A stretch of DNA of 64,000 nt from Octopus bimaculoides (Eukaryota): NCBI RefSeq assembly GCF_001194135.2, contig NC_069004.1:10318109-10382108 (forward strand), in the 5' to 3' direction. Positions within the stretch are counted from its first letter, which is position 1; every line of letters begins with the position of its first letter. The translations under genes and the position numbers were made by a program. The notes beneath the pieces were generated by a model, which saw only the letters and a program-made list of their open reading frames with translations, searched no databases and was not told the origin of the DNA. Shown one piece after another: positions 11,662 to 27,000 of this stretch.

Positions 11662-14600
11662 ATAACAGTTGGTATAAATGTTGGCTTCTTCAATTATGTT
11701 TTACCTTGTATAGAGAGACAGGGAGAAAAATAAAGAGAGATACAGAGAAAGTTAAAATATAACCTTATCAGGAATATTCTTACCTGATCTTCAGTCTCAT
11801 CTTCTCCTGCAGACTCAAGAAGATCTTCTTCTTCATCTTCTTCACTATGAACACTATTTGCATAATCTTCACCCTAGTAAAATAAAGTTAAACCATCAAC
11901 ACCAAAGCAAAGTCAAAGCTGCGATACGTGTCAAAGCAAAACAAAAAAACAAGAAGGTTAAGGCACTGGGCTATGATCCTACGGTCGTAAGTTCAAAATT
12001 TAGAGAAAACAAACACAATACTAATAATAACAACAATCAATGTTACTAACATCATTAACTTGACTTCCTGTACGACTCTGGCTGGGATCATCTTGACTGG
12101 TTTCACTTTCAATGAGGGTCTCATCATTGTTGACTTGAGAAAGGTTCTGACTAAGTTCCTCTGAGAAATAAAGAGGAAATTTACAGAAAATAATCCATAA
12201 TCACCAAAATAAAATGAAAACGAAATTTTAAAAAAGGCATAAAAAAGGAACAATACATAAATTGACTAATAAATAATTGTAGTAAGTACCAAATGATCAG
12301 CCCTTTTGCATTTAATCCTGCCACATCCAGTACAAATATTCTACTTGTTTTATGTTAAAACTAACCAGATCCAACCTCTCACACCTACCCTACAATGTCA
12401 TTCTAAAAATATACAAACATACCATTGAAATCTTGAAGCTACAAAATAATGAGCGATTAATTCAAAACAACCTGACTAAATAAGCATTACATTTGACAAA
12501 GAAATCTGAATGCTAAAGGGTTAAAGTAATGTATTTGCACCAGAAGTGTGTAGAAAAAAAAAAAAGTCTGATGAGATCTTGGATACTTACCATCGCTTTC
12601 AATGATGGTACTGAAACCACACTCCTCTAAGCCATTAGTTTCCATCTCATCAAATGTATCGATGATTGGTAGAACTTCAGCTAGAAACAATAATCAAAGA
12701 GAAAGGTTAAGAAAAAAAAAAAAGCCCGTCAGGAAAAATGAGAAAAATTAAATGGAAGAATATTGCAATTTCTATAATTATAAATCACACCTTTATATTT
12801 TTGATTTTAACTGAAAAATCTGGTGTGGCTTATACATGGGGCAAAGCTAAAACTATGAAGGGAAAAAATTTTGTACCAAGACTTAACCGTCTCCTTCATT
12901 GGACACGAAACTCAGCTTACGAAGACTTATTGGGGCAAGCGAAAGCGAAATCGGGATGGCACCTGTGCCCAGCATCGCCTTCCTGGCACTTGTGCCCATG
13001 ACATGTGTAAGGATTTTCGAGTGAGATCGTTGCCAGTGCCGCTGGACTGGCTCTTGTGTGGGTGGCACATAAAATACACCATTTTGAGCATTGGCCGTTG
13101 CCAGTACCGCCTGACTGGCCTTCGTGCTGGTGGCACGTAAAAGCACTCACTATACTCTCTGAGTGGTTGGCGTTAGGAAGGACATCCAGCAGTAGAAACT
13201 GTGTCAAATCAGATTCGAGCCTGATNNNNNNNNNNNNNNNNNNNNNNNNNNNNNNNNNNNNNNNNNNNNNNNNNNNNNNNNNNNNNNNNNNNNNNNNNNN
13301 NNNNNNNNNNNNNNNNNNNNNNNNNNNNNNNNNNNNNNNNNNNNNNNNNNNNNNNNNNNNNNNNNNNNNNNNNNNNNNNNNNNNNNNNNNNNNNNNNNNN
13401 NNNNNATCCAACTCACCAATCTTGGCTTTGATTTCTTTCTCAAGATCATCAACTGCCTTGTACGCATCTTCTTCACTTTCCAGTAGCTTCAGCTTAGGAC
13501 GTACAGCTTCGATGGTGTCCCTCACCAAATTGTCAACGTCAACTGGGAAAGGATGATCCTCTGTCCACAATGGAAGTTTCTTTTTGAACCAATAATACCT
13601 CTGAAACAGAACATAGTAGGAAACTAAAAGTCAGAAATAAATTACAAATTTGACAAAAAAAAAAAAACAAAAAAAAAAACGTGCTCTGTGTGTTGTGACA
13701 CTGGTACATGTGCTCTATATGCAACACCTACACAGGTGTTTTTACAGGTACTTCTTACATGACAACCAGCATGGAAGCCCTTTACATGGGGAATCAGCAT
13801 GGGTTCCCTTCAGGTGGCACTTGCATGGATATTCCTTATGTGGCACCAACACGGAGTGCTTTGTACATGGCACCGGCACAGGTGCTCTTTATGTGGCGCC
13901 AGTATGGGTGCCTTTTAAGTGACACCTGGCGCACATGCTTTTTACGATCACACCAGCAATAGATGCTTCTTATGTGACACCAGCATGGGCACAAGTACTT
14001 ACTTACTAATGGACTGACAAAAAAAACCTCAGTGATTCATGAATTTTCACTACAGCTGCGTATGCAAAATGAAGGATTGCAGCAGATAGCAAAACACTCG
14101 AGATCTGTCCAACCCATACTAGGATGGGAAAATGTATGTAAAATGAAGACAGCAGTGGTGATGGTTATGATGATGATTGAGGTGATGATAATGGTGGTGG
14201 TGATAGAGATGATGGTAATGCACAAAAAGGAACTCTACCTGGAAATATACAAGGAAATAATCCAATTTCTTCTTACTGGAACCTTTATCAAAATACTGTC
14301 CACAAGTGTCGAGCAGAACACAAACCAAACGGATGCGAAACAGATGATCAGGAAGGTCCAGAGCAGAAGGTACGTTATCTGCAATAAGAAACACAGAAAA
14401 TCCATGTCAGAACTATATTATCAATAACGACGGCTCAATATTCTTAGAAATATAGATTGTCATCAATAGTAATAGAAAACGTGTGTATGTTTTAAGAGAA
14501 GGAGTGGGTACGGTAAGTTTATAGTTAGAAGCAGAAAACACAGATTCTTGTAAAAAGTTCTGACTTAATGAAAGGTATTGTAAGGTGCTCACTAGGCAGG

Positions 14601-17600
14601 GATGAATGACACAAAATCACAGTTAAAGATGTGAATAAAGATTTTGGATAAGTCAACTTGTCACACTTCATCCCCCTTACTTGTATATCCTCATCATTAT
14701 CATTAATATCCATTTTCCAAGCTGGCATGGGTTGGACAGTTTGATAGGAGCCGATTGTGCCAGAAGACTGCAGCAAATTCCAGTGCTTGCTCCACACAAG
14801 AACTGAACTCAGTATGAAAGATAACAGACTCCTTATGAATTTTACAGTGTTGTTGCCTGCTAACAGCAGTGAAGTGGACTGAACTACTTAAGAGTCAAAT
14901 GTCTTGGTAACGAGGTACAACATTAATGAATAGATCCAACTTAACAATCCACCCTCTCCAGGTCAGAAATGGTAGATGGAATTAAAAATCAGAACAACCA
15001 TCAAATGAAGATGGGAGGCTGCTCAAATGGTGTACAAAATGTCACTGATAGTATCTGTTACCCAAGGGATCTAATTAGTGCCAACAGTGGAAATTAATGA
15101 AGATGTGGTAGAAGTTTAGGGAGCTGTTAGTAACAAGGGGTTTCTTTTTCTCATCCAGCTGCATGAAACATGCCATAAATGAGGTTGAAGAGTAGCAAGA
15201 TACACAGCAGCATAGGATACATAAGACTGAGGGGAAGGCTTGATGTTGAAGTACATCAAAGGTAAGGACACAAAGTGAACTGGAAGAGTGCTAGAAATTA
15301 GAAGATTCAGCTAAAATTTGCAAAAAGAGATGACTAAATTCAGTGTGTGATGTAAAAGAGACAATGAGTGCAGAGTGGAAAAGTGGATAATGGTCTCAGT
15401 GAAGAGCCTCTTCAGAAGAGGGGGGTGGGAAAACATCAGTTTATTGGGGTTTACAGAAGAAATAACAAATCAAAGATAATTGGTACCATGAAGCACCACA
15501 GATCTGTCAAACCCACATATAGCAATCAGCTTAGATGTCTGGTATCTTTTCTATAGGGGTTAAATTAAAATCAGTTGATCTGATCGACAAAACAGCTTGC
15601 TTGTGAAATTCAGTGCAAGTGGCTGAGCACTCCACAGACACGTGAACCCTTAACGTAGTTCTCAGGTGAGATTCAGCATGACACAGAATGTGACAAGACT
15701 GGCCCTTTGAATTACAGGTACAATTCATTTTTTGCCAGATGTTATCCAAGGGAAAAGCAAAGGCCGATACAGCTTGGCACCAGTGATGTCACAACTCATT
15801 TCTACATCTGAGTGAACTGGAGCAACATGGAATGAAGTGTCTTGCTCAAGAACACAACACACAGCCCAGTCCAGGAATCAAACTCACTATGACTGTGAGC
15901 CCAACACTCTAACCACTGAGCCATGTGCCTTGCAGTTCAACAAGAATATGGTAACGAAAGGGTTACAAGAAGTGTGTATCATAGAACCAAGAGACATCTT
16001 GGGTAGGATGGTATCAAAAAGGTTAAATTCTACAAAGTGATTAGTAAAACAGGTAAACAGGTAAACTTGCCAACTTACCTTCTAATGATATTCCAAAAGA
16101 GATGAACGAATAAAGGACTTTGAAAATAACAGAAGATTCTACCATGCGATAGTTGTAGAGTTCTCCGAGATATTTGATTGCGCTGACTCGCCGTTGGTTG
16201 TACTTGGGATGGTTGATCTAGAAAGGACACAGAAACAGGATTTAGCTGGGGGCAGTTTTTTCCTTTCTTTTGTTGTTACCCTTTCTAATTACATTTCTAA
16301 CAAATAAATTATCAATACGTTACAATTAATACAACCAACAGTTTAGGAGGGTTTAATAAAATATCTCTAACTTTACAAACTGGTTTCCATTACATCAGTG
16401 TTGACCTCTTAATATTTCCAGGGGCAGCCTGCTGGAGCCTAGCAGCAGGTATAAAAAAGGGGAATTTGACAAGACAGTCAGTCGGACACTGACCACTCGA
16501 TGATGCTGCATCGAAGAGGCCAGGGAATAGAAGAAAGAAGACATGCACCCAACACCAGAGCTGAAGACACCTCTGAAAGGGGGGGCCCCGCCACGTCAAA
16601 ACGGTAGAGAAGTAGGGGCCGAAACCGGACGTGGTTCCTCTTGATGATGTCTTGAGCTAACTGGATCCTATAAAGGAGCTATTGTGGTAGCAGACCATGA
16701 AACATGGTTGAAATTCCTCCTAAGGTTTTGACTGGGATTCTAATTTAAACACAAATACTTCAGTATGACAATCTCAAGTATGGTCAGGATTAAAGTTATA
16801 TTGTAATCAGTGAGTTATGGCATCATTATCATTTTAGGGAGAGATCACTTTACTGTGTCAACTCAAGGGTTTCCAATTCAAAATGGATGAGTTGCTTTTC
16901 CAGGCATCCAAGTCTGTCTGTGTACAATATTCAGTCATTACTGATGGTATTTAAAAAGCACCCAGTACACATTGTAAAATGGTCGGCATTAAGTAGGGGC
17001 ATCCAGCCATAGAAACTATGCTGAAGCTGACACTGGAACTAGACATAGTCCTGCAATTTGGTGGATCTTGTCAAACCATCGAACCCAACATGGAAAACAG
17101 ATGATGATGATACTCTCCTATCACAAGTCATTCATTAGTGACAGCTTCCACTCTCACTTACCACTTACCATCTCTATTACAAGGTAAGGCCACCGACTTT
17201 ACTGTCACAGGGCACTCCTTAGTGACTGCTATCACTCTCTCACATACTACTTCTATCCGTCTACATTACAAGTGAGACATCTCAGTCTGTGACTTGTCTC
17301 AAAGTGCAATAAGTACAAATATGAACCAATTTGAAATGTAATAACCTGTCCAACCCATGCCAGCAGGGAAAAGCAGATGCAAAATGATGATGATGGTGAT
17401 GATGCAGATTACAAAATTTAGTAAATTTCAAAAAAAAAACTAACAATTTCACAATGTATTCCCTTAGGAGTGAAAATAAATTTACCATATATGTCTTTAT
17501 GTCTTCTGTCATGTTTACAATAAACTATTCCTGTCACTTTATATGTCTGCTGTTGTGTGACACGAGAAATACACCAAATGTACCACACTAAACCTATCGT

Positions 17601-18843
17601 GTTATCTGAAGCAACAATCTATGTAAATATCTGTGTTTTTAATCAAAATGGTGTAAATATTAGAGAAATAAAAAATAAAAACATATAAACAGGCTATGTA
17701 TGCATGTATGTATGTGTGCTTGTGTATGCTAAAAGGTGGCTTACCTCCATTCCAATCCTGATGTCCTCCAAGATACCATCAACCACTTGAATAGCAACAA
17801 GCTCCTATAGAGCAAAACAACAAAAAAATAATAATAATAAAATAGAATAAAAGTTGAGTTAATGTCATATTCTTACACATGTGCATGCGTCCACACACAC
17901 AGCTGAGAAGCATATATGAATATCAATTTTTGTTGTTGTCTGAACAACTTCTTTTGTTCTCATTCATTAGGAAAAAAATTATTAAATTTTTGATCATATT
18001 CCTTTTAAATTCATAACTATAGTTTAAATCAAAGAAATGAGTGTGTGGTATTACAACAAGCAATACATCATTCTTTACTATATTTTTTTAATTTTTATTA
18101 AATGAATTTAACAAAAATGATTTTTTGGCCCACATGCGGTTTTCGTTAAATGAGAATTTGATTTTGTGCATATATATATATATATATACATACATACATA
18201 CATATATACATATTAAATCAATTTGTTCAACCAAACTCTCAAAGGCAGTGCCCCAGCATGGACACAGTCCAATGACAAACAAGTAAAAAGAGGACAAATG
18301 GCACAAGGTCATTTGAAAATGTAAATGCTGCCAAAGTTAAATACAACACAAGTCACAAGACAGAAACTGCCAGCTGGTTGAACAACTCCAGAATTAACAT
18401 TGCTGCCATTCTGGCCAGAAACTAGAAGATATATTTTTTTCAGGAAATTGAAAGTACTTACATGATATGGGGCTAAGCCAGCCAAGAGGTTGGCAGCACA
18501 GTGAATGGAATTGTAACGGATATTCCAAACAGCTGTCAGGCACTTGGTAGCATAGAATGCAACCTGCCAACAGAATAAACAAAATATTATGAAGAATAGA
18601 CAACAAAATACGGAATTAATAAAACAAATGAACTTTAAAGAAATAATTGTCATTTTCAATAGAATTGAAATGAAATCACGGGGGTATATGATTGTGTGTG
18701 TGCGTATGTGTGTATGCCTAATGGAAGTGGGGTGGTTCATCTTTGTTCACTTAGTATTTGGGTTTATTTTTTGATTTGGTTGAATCTTGGTTGTTTTTTT
18801 GTTTTTTTTTTTGTTGGTCTGTTATTTTTAGCGNNNNNNNNNN

Positions 18844-18889
<46 letters not shown>

Positions 18890-21002
18890 ATTCAAGCACA
18901 CAAACAAAATATAAAATGCATTACAAAACACCATTTAAAACAAAAATTTCTCTGAGGAACTGTATTGAAAAAGAACAAATGAATTTGCCTTATTATATGA
19001 ATATATTGATTAATGATGTAAAAAAAACTAATAAAATGCATCTAAGTCAAGCATGCTAAGTAAATCTTCATTAAGCATTTTTCTAATTAAATATGAATTA
19101 AATATGTCTTACCTCTGGATTATCCCAATCTAATTTCCTCATCTGCCGTAATACCTGCCAAATAAAACATTTAAAATACTTTAGGATAAACAGATTTGAT
19201 AAACAGCATCTTTGAAAAATCTGATTATGAAACTGATGTCATGTTGGAAGCTAAACCACAAAGGTGCACAACCAACATGGACATAGTTCAATCGTTGTTA
19301 CTATTTCTATATCTGTGTCTCCTCCCAGTAGCTGATATACACCTACAAGACTATATCACCACCACAACCACTTCTCAGTTAATGATATTTATGTATATCT
19401 AAAATTTCATTGTCCAATAGGTCCTTCTTTTAAAGCCAGCAAGATGAATTTTTGAAGGAATGTTGAAGTTATTACTAGCAGATCAAACAACTACATAAGG
19501 ACTCCTTAGTTAACTCAAGAGAATCCCTTCCTTGCCCTGCCATCAGAGGTAACACTTCCCTCAGTTAATGATTCTATAGTTGGCTGAAGAAAGCCTTTCC
19601 CAACCAAAAACTCCCTAGTTGACTCAAGAGAATCCCTTAATTGCCATCAAAGGCAATAACTTCCAAATGTTTCCCACCCACAGCTTATCTTCTAAACCAG
19701 GGGTTTTCAAACTTTTTAACTTGCGGACCCCTTTATATTTCAGGCTTTACCTTAGGGACCCCCTTATAAACGCTTATGAAATTTATACATAAATATTTGC
19801 TTAAAATAACATATATTTTTACATTTATTTATTTAACAGTATTTAACAAATAGGTTTATTGTCAATTAAAAGATTTCGATTAAAAAACATGTATGAAATC
19901 AAATTGCCCATAAAAAGTATTTGCTGTCCACGGACCCCTGTCTTCTCCTTGCGGACACCCTGTGGTACCGGACCACAGTTTGAAAACCCCTCTTCTAAAC
20001 AATTCAATATCATCATCATCATCACCAGCTATTCTCAATAGTTCAAAACAAAAAATATCTGACCGCTACATAACAATATAAAAGGAGACAAAAAGAACAC
20101 ACATCTTGTTAAAGGCAGCTAATGGTGGAAGTAAGTTTGTCTACCTTCATATAGAAAACAAAAAATAGAGAAGGGAAGTTTGTTGCTATCACCTTTTCCG
20201 TGGTGACCTTTGACAGATCTTTATAAAGTAGCTTGCGTATATATTCATGCATAGGAGGGCGTACTTTCTTCACCATTTGCGGTACTTCAGGTGGATTACT
20301 GTAGTAATAAGCATTTTCTATCATTGTGATGTACCTGCTATCCAAATGAAGGGCAGCTTTTTTCCGCATCACCACGTCCTGAAGACAAAAACAAAAGATA
20401 TAAGGAAAAAAATTTATGTCAAAACAAGCAGTGATTAAATATATTCTGAGATAATTAGTTAAGGTTTTCAGTTTGTTAATCTCATCTGTAAACATGTAAA
20501 GATGTTTAACCCTTACTGTACAAGAACCAAGTATAGTTGGGACCATGCATGTGCACTTACGACAGGAGTTAACTTGTTTTTGATAGCAGAGTACTTCCCA
20601 GAATCCTATACATTTCATATGAAATACTACACATATTTTTACTGACCAATAGAAAGGAGATTACAAGAACTGATTTGCATATGATTAGCATGTTACCTAA
20701 GCAGCAAAAATTTAATCAGCGCAATTAGGGTTAATATATAAACTAACTTGTGGTAGCTACATCCCTTGATGTCGTGAGTTTAATCCCTTCTTGATACCAC
20801 ACCATTTATGACCTGGTTTTGTGAATCAATCAAACTCTTAAAATGTTCAGGTGCAGCTGTGTAGTAACTTAGCTTCCAAGCCATATGGTTTCAGGTTCAG
20901 TCCCACTGCTTGGCACCATGGGCAAGTGTCTTCTACTATAGCCTCAAGCCAACCAAAGCCTTGTGAGTGAATATGGCACACAGAGACTGAAAGAAGCCTG
21001 TC

Positions 21003-21052
<50 letters not shown>

Positions 21053-24000
21053 TACACAGAGCAATATATACAAATATGCCAACACACACACACACACACA
21101 CCCAAATACTAATACACAAAATCAGACAGACACACACATACACAAACAGCAATACATACATAAACATACCAACACATACACAGCAATATACACATAACTA
21201 TAACCATCCATACAAGCTACACCACTCAATAACACAGAATAACAAAATAGTGAACAACGGAAGGTTCGGAAGAAATAGGGTGACCGCTGAGTTGGTATCC
21301 ATCACTACAACATAAGAACAAATAATGGACGTCGTCATTGTTTAGCCACAGGTCAGTAAGCTCAGACTGAACAAAGTTATGATTTGGCTGCTATTTCTAG
21401 AGTCGGACCCCTCACTGGCCTCGTGCATAACAATGGTAATGATGATGATGCTAGACCAACTGGATGTACTTACAAGATAGACTTTAGTTCTATGATGAGA
21501 ATCCATCTGTCTGTAAAGATATCGTCCACACGTTTCGAGCAAAGCACAAGCCATTTCTATATTGTGGTGAGTGAAATCCACTAATAAATTCTGGGGAAAA
21601 AAAAAAAAAAAAAAAATCAAGAGCAATGAATAAAATAACTTGTGGTAGTTACATCCCTTGATGTAGTGAGTTTAATCCCTTCTTGATACCATCCCATTTA
21701 TGACCTGGTTCTGTGAATCAATCAAACTCTTAAAATCTTCAGGTGTGGATGTGTAGTAACTTAGCTTCCAAGCCACATGGTTTCAGGTTCAGTCCCACTG
21801 CTTGGCACCATGGGCAAGTGTCTTCTACTATAGCCTCAAGCCAACCAAAGCCTTGTGAATGAATATGGCAGACGGAGACTGAAAGAAGCCTGTCATAGAT
21901 ATGTGTGTGTCTTGTGTATGTGCCTGTCTCCCACCACTGCTTGACAACCAGTATTGGTGTGTTTACATCCCGATAACTTAGTGGCTCAGCAAAACAGGCT
22001 GATAGAATAAGTACCAGGTTATAATATAACAAGTACTTGGATCAATAAGTTCAACTAAAATTCTTCAAGACGGTATCCCCAGCATGGCCACAGTCTAACG
22101 ACTGAAACAAATAAAAGAGATTTAAATTAAAAAATCCTTCCCCAATGACTATGTAAAAACATTTGGTTCAGTTATCTTCCAAATAGCTGTCTTAGTCATC
22201 TTTACTAAATCCCTGAAGAATTGTGTCATGCTTTCAATTCATGAAACAACAACAGCAAGAAAATTTAAAAAATAAACTTTCAAAAAGGAAATGCAAATTT
22301 TTACCTTAAGACAAAATAGTGTCTCTGTCTTGGGGAACATCTTAAACTTCACCAGTTCACCTACCAAACAGATAATGAAAAAAAAAGAGGCGAGGTGAGA
22401 TGTATAAAAATAAACAACCAACCAAATAAACAATCAAATTTATAATGTTACAAAGTAGTCTATGATTTGTTAAACCTGACTCCTTGAGAGGAAGCCCCGT
22501 TTTTTGGTCATAAGAATTTTATCCAAGTAAAGCAACATAGTAACGTCACATAATTCTTTATGCTCAGAAACTTTTTTCAATGGAACGATCAAGCTTCGAC
22601 ATTAGACTGGGAGTCACGCGAGTTTTGATTGCAGGTAAGCATATAAAATATGTGCAATGCTACAGTAATATTAGAAAAATAATGACCTTACAATTCAAAT
22701 TTCATCTATGTTTTAATTATTTATGTCTTATTTATGGTGGAATCGGTAGAGCATCACTATGCAAATGCCATGTTGTATTTAGCTTTGTCTTTAATCATTC
22801 AGAAAAGTGAGGCAAAAAGGGTGGGGTAATATACATTGCAAACAGGTAACTGGGCTGGGGTAGATGTAATTGACTGTAACCCTACCCCACAACATGCATC
22901 ATTATGTGTCTATGTTTGAAAATATGAAACTATTTCATAAGTTTAAAGGAATGAAAACATTTTCTAACAAACACAAGGCCAATAAATTGTAGGTGGTGGA
23001 GGCCACTGTTGATGACACTGATCCCAGTTCACAACTGATGGTTTTATGTCCCCAGAACAGATAAAAGGCAAAAATCAACCTTAAAGAAACACATTGAAAT
23101 ACCACAAGGAATTTCTGCCAGATGCTCTACCAATTCTGTCACTCAAAAGTCATTAGAGAAACAAAAAGTTTACTAACCAATAAAACGTACAGTTTTCAAC
23201 TTGGATTCAATGTTAATTTGGTCTTTCTTGCGTATCTGGAAAAAAAACAGATAAATGAAATCATCAGTTAAACAAAGAGATCGTTTACCTCTTACAGCAT
23301 TTAAATAACAAGTTCAGTTAAAAAGATGCTTCTTTTTTTAAATGTGAAGATCATCAACTTTATAGAAATGCTTGAAGGCCCAGATTGGATATCCTTAACC
23401 CTTTAGCATACACATTATTCTGTCAAATGTAATGCTTATTTATACACATAGCTTTGAATGAATCATGCATGGTCTCGTAGCTTCAAGATTTCAATGATGT
23501 GACTGTGTATTTCTAGAATGACATTGTAAGGTCAGTGTGAGAGGCCCAGATCTAACCAGTTTGAACCTAAAACAAGTGAAATATTTGGGCTTGACATGGA
23601 TGGTTTAAGTGTTAATGGGTTCAAGTTCCTTCCTACATTCTCTTTGTGGGGATTGATAAATACAAGTGTCAGGTAGAATTATTTTATTGGCTATGCCCCT
23701 CACCCACTTGCTACAAGTTTGTAGCTTGGTACCAATACATAAGAAACCCTCCAAAATACTAGCAATAGAATGAGAGCTATTCACTTAGTTATATCATCTA
23801 TCAAACTAAACACAGCAGACTGTATATTTTATACAATGGTCCAATGCCACACATCATAGAGGAGTGGGATGTTAATTTAAAACATCCAGCATATGACTGG
23901 TACTTAGTGAACATTATCCCTGGACAAACAAAACTGTCAACACTAGTAGGAACTGTACATGTAAATAGGTGCATCAAACAAAAATACTTTGTAGTAGTTA

Positions 24001-27000
24001 CATAGTGAGTTATGTCCCCAACACTAAAAGAGAACTTAGCTACTCAAAAAAATAAGATATTGATAAAATAAATATCTAATTTAATACTGCAGGTGAATAT
24101 AATTGATTGAAAACAAAACAGAAAAAAAAAATCACTATAGAGGTGCTTCAGCATGGCCACAATTGAAAAGACAGAACAGTAAAAGGATACAAGAAATAAC
24201 AAAGTACTTACATGCCAGCGAAAGTCTCCTTTCAGCAAATGTACAAGATCGTTGGCAACATCTGGCATACAAGGGTACAAAGTAGCCACAAGTCGGGAGT
24301 AAAAAGGTAACAAATCGTATCTGGAAATAATCAATGGAAGAGAGAGAGAGAGAGAAATAATAATCAGTTGTTGGTAGTGTTATTTAACCCCAGGTCAACT
24401 CAATGATCAAAACCACTTCTGCTTTTTCTATTATCAAGGTCTACATTTCTCAAAGTGTTTGTTAGTTTCATCAATAATGTTCAATCAGCTGAATCACTCT
24501 GTAAGTGGTTGAGTATTCCACAGATATATGGACCCTTAACATCATTCTCAGGTAGAATCAGTGTGACTGTATGACAAAGTTGTACCTTTACATTACTGGT
24601 TACAATTCAGTCAACAGGCTTCAGCGCAGTTTCCATTTCTCCAACTTCATTCTCAAGGTTTGAGTTGACCCCCAGGCAATGGTAAAAGACAGAAACCCAA
24701 GATAGCACACAATGGGATTGAAACTGAGGCCTCATGGTTGCCAAGTGAACTTTAAGAAGTTCACATCTTAGCCATTCCGCCAAATCAAAGGAAATTACTA
24801 TTCCCTTCAAACTTTGCCATTGTGACCGGGATGTCAATGTTTTGAAAACTGGCTTATTTTCCATTACATTCCAGACAGATTCAGCGCTGAGTTGCTGAAG
24901 CAGAAATATCATTATAGCAAATGTTCTTTTCAATATCACAGATTTGCTTGTTAGATACTTGACCATAACCACTTGAGTATGTCCCATAGCGGTTGACAAT
25001 ACATGCATCTCTAATCATAGGAAGCATCATAGCTATATAATGTTGAGAGGGATTCTTCAGAGTTTGAATAAACATAAGAAAAGAAAAGTTCAAAGGAAGT
25101 ATTAGTAATTTTTCATACTTTCTAGGGGTAAACAAATAGGAAATAACAGTTACTACCCAAGGACAAATCTATGCCACACAATCTAATAGATTTACTAACC
25201 TGGTTCTGTGAACTGTGAAAAGAGCCCTGACCAATTTCTTTCTATTTGTCTTGGTATTGAAGCTCATGCAAAAATCAACTGCATTCTGAAAGTAAATGAA
25301 CACTCTTTGCATTATAAAACTGCTCTGTCAAGTTGTTCAGACTTAGACAAAAAACACTTTATATATTTATGTTTAAATTACATCATCAACCACATTAAAA
25401 GAAGCACCCAATACACACTAAAGTAGTTGGCATTAGGAAGGATATCTAACCAAAGAAACTATGCCGCCAGAGTTGACACAAGAGCACGATGTAGTCCTAG
25501 GATTCATCAGATCTTGTGAAACCCATCTCAGCATGGAATATGAACATTAAATGAAAAATATAATACAGAGTACATTAATATTAGAAAATATTAGTATTGG
25601 TTTCAAATTTTGGCACAAGGCCAGCAAGTTTGGGGAAAGGGGTAAGTTGATTATATTGACCACCAGTGCTTAACTGGTACTTAACCCCAAAATGATGAAA
25701 GGCAAAGTTCACCTCAATGGAACTAAGAATATAAAGACAGATGAAATGCTGCTAGGCATTTTGTGCTAATGATTCTACCAGCTCACCACCAAAGTATATC
25801 AATGAAGGTTTCAAACTTTAGCACAAAGCCAGCAATTTCAGAGACTGGGGTGGTGGGGGTCAAATATATCGGCCCTAATGCTCAACTGGTATTCATTTTA
25901 TTGACTCCAAAAGGATGAAAGGCAAAGTTGGCCTCAGCAGAATTTGAACTCAGAACAAAGACAGACAAAATGCAGTCAAGCTTTTTGCCCAGTATACTCT
26001 TTTACTCTTTTACTTGTTTCAGTCATTTGACTGCAGCCATGCTGGAGCACCGCCTTTAGTCGAGCAAATCGACCCCAGGTCTTATTCTTGCCACCTTTAA
26101 TGTACTTTGATGTATTAATATTAGAGTACATTAAAGGTGGCGAGCTGGTAGAATCGTTAGCACACCTTAATATTAATATATCAAAATACATTAATATTAC
26201 AGAGTACAAATAAAAGTTTAAGCCACTGTAGCCATACATAGCACCTGATGATGAATCAGCACTTAACTATTTGAATCGTTATGCTTTATAAACATAAGTA
26301 AATGAAAATCTTTGCTTTGTGAAAGATGGGAATTAAAAGCCAGAAAAAAATGTTTTTTTTTTTTTTTTTTTCATGATTATAAAAATAATTAAAACACCAA
26401 CTTCCTTCACTGCAGACAACACCAACATCAAAATCACAATTATTACTAACACCAGCACCAATTCCACAGCCAACGCCACCAGTAATAATTAATAACAAAA
26501 CTCAAGTGGTACCTTGTCAATCAGTTCTCTGTTAACACAATTCGGTAAAGACTGAAGAAAAGTATCAAACTGAGCTTTCATCAGATGGCCCGTGTCACCT
26601 TCTTCTTCTGCAATTAGAACAACATTCATTTATTAACACCAACAAACAAATAGTACAAGAAAGGTAACTTAAGTGTTCATAACAACAACAATTCTTTCTA
26701 ATTTTGGCACAGGGCCAACAATTTTAAGAGGAGGGGGTATATAGTTGATTACATCAACTCCAGCACTTGACAGTCATGTTTCAGATTCTTTCATTATTTT
26801 GGGGGTTGCTAAAATAAAATCCCAGTCAAATGCTGGTCCGACATCATGTGTCAGAACATGTTACTGTAAAGGCGGTGAGCTGGCAGAATCGTTAGCACGC
26901 CGGGCGAAATGCTTAGCGGTATTTCGTCTGCCGCTACGTTCTGAGTTCAAATTCCGCCGAGGTCGACTTTGCCTTTCGTCCTTTCGGGGGTCGATAAATT

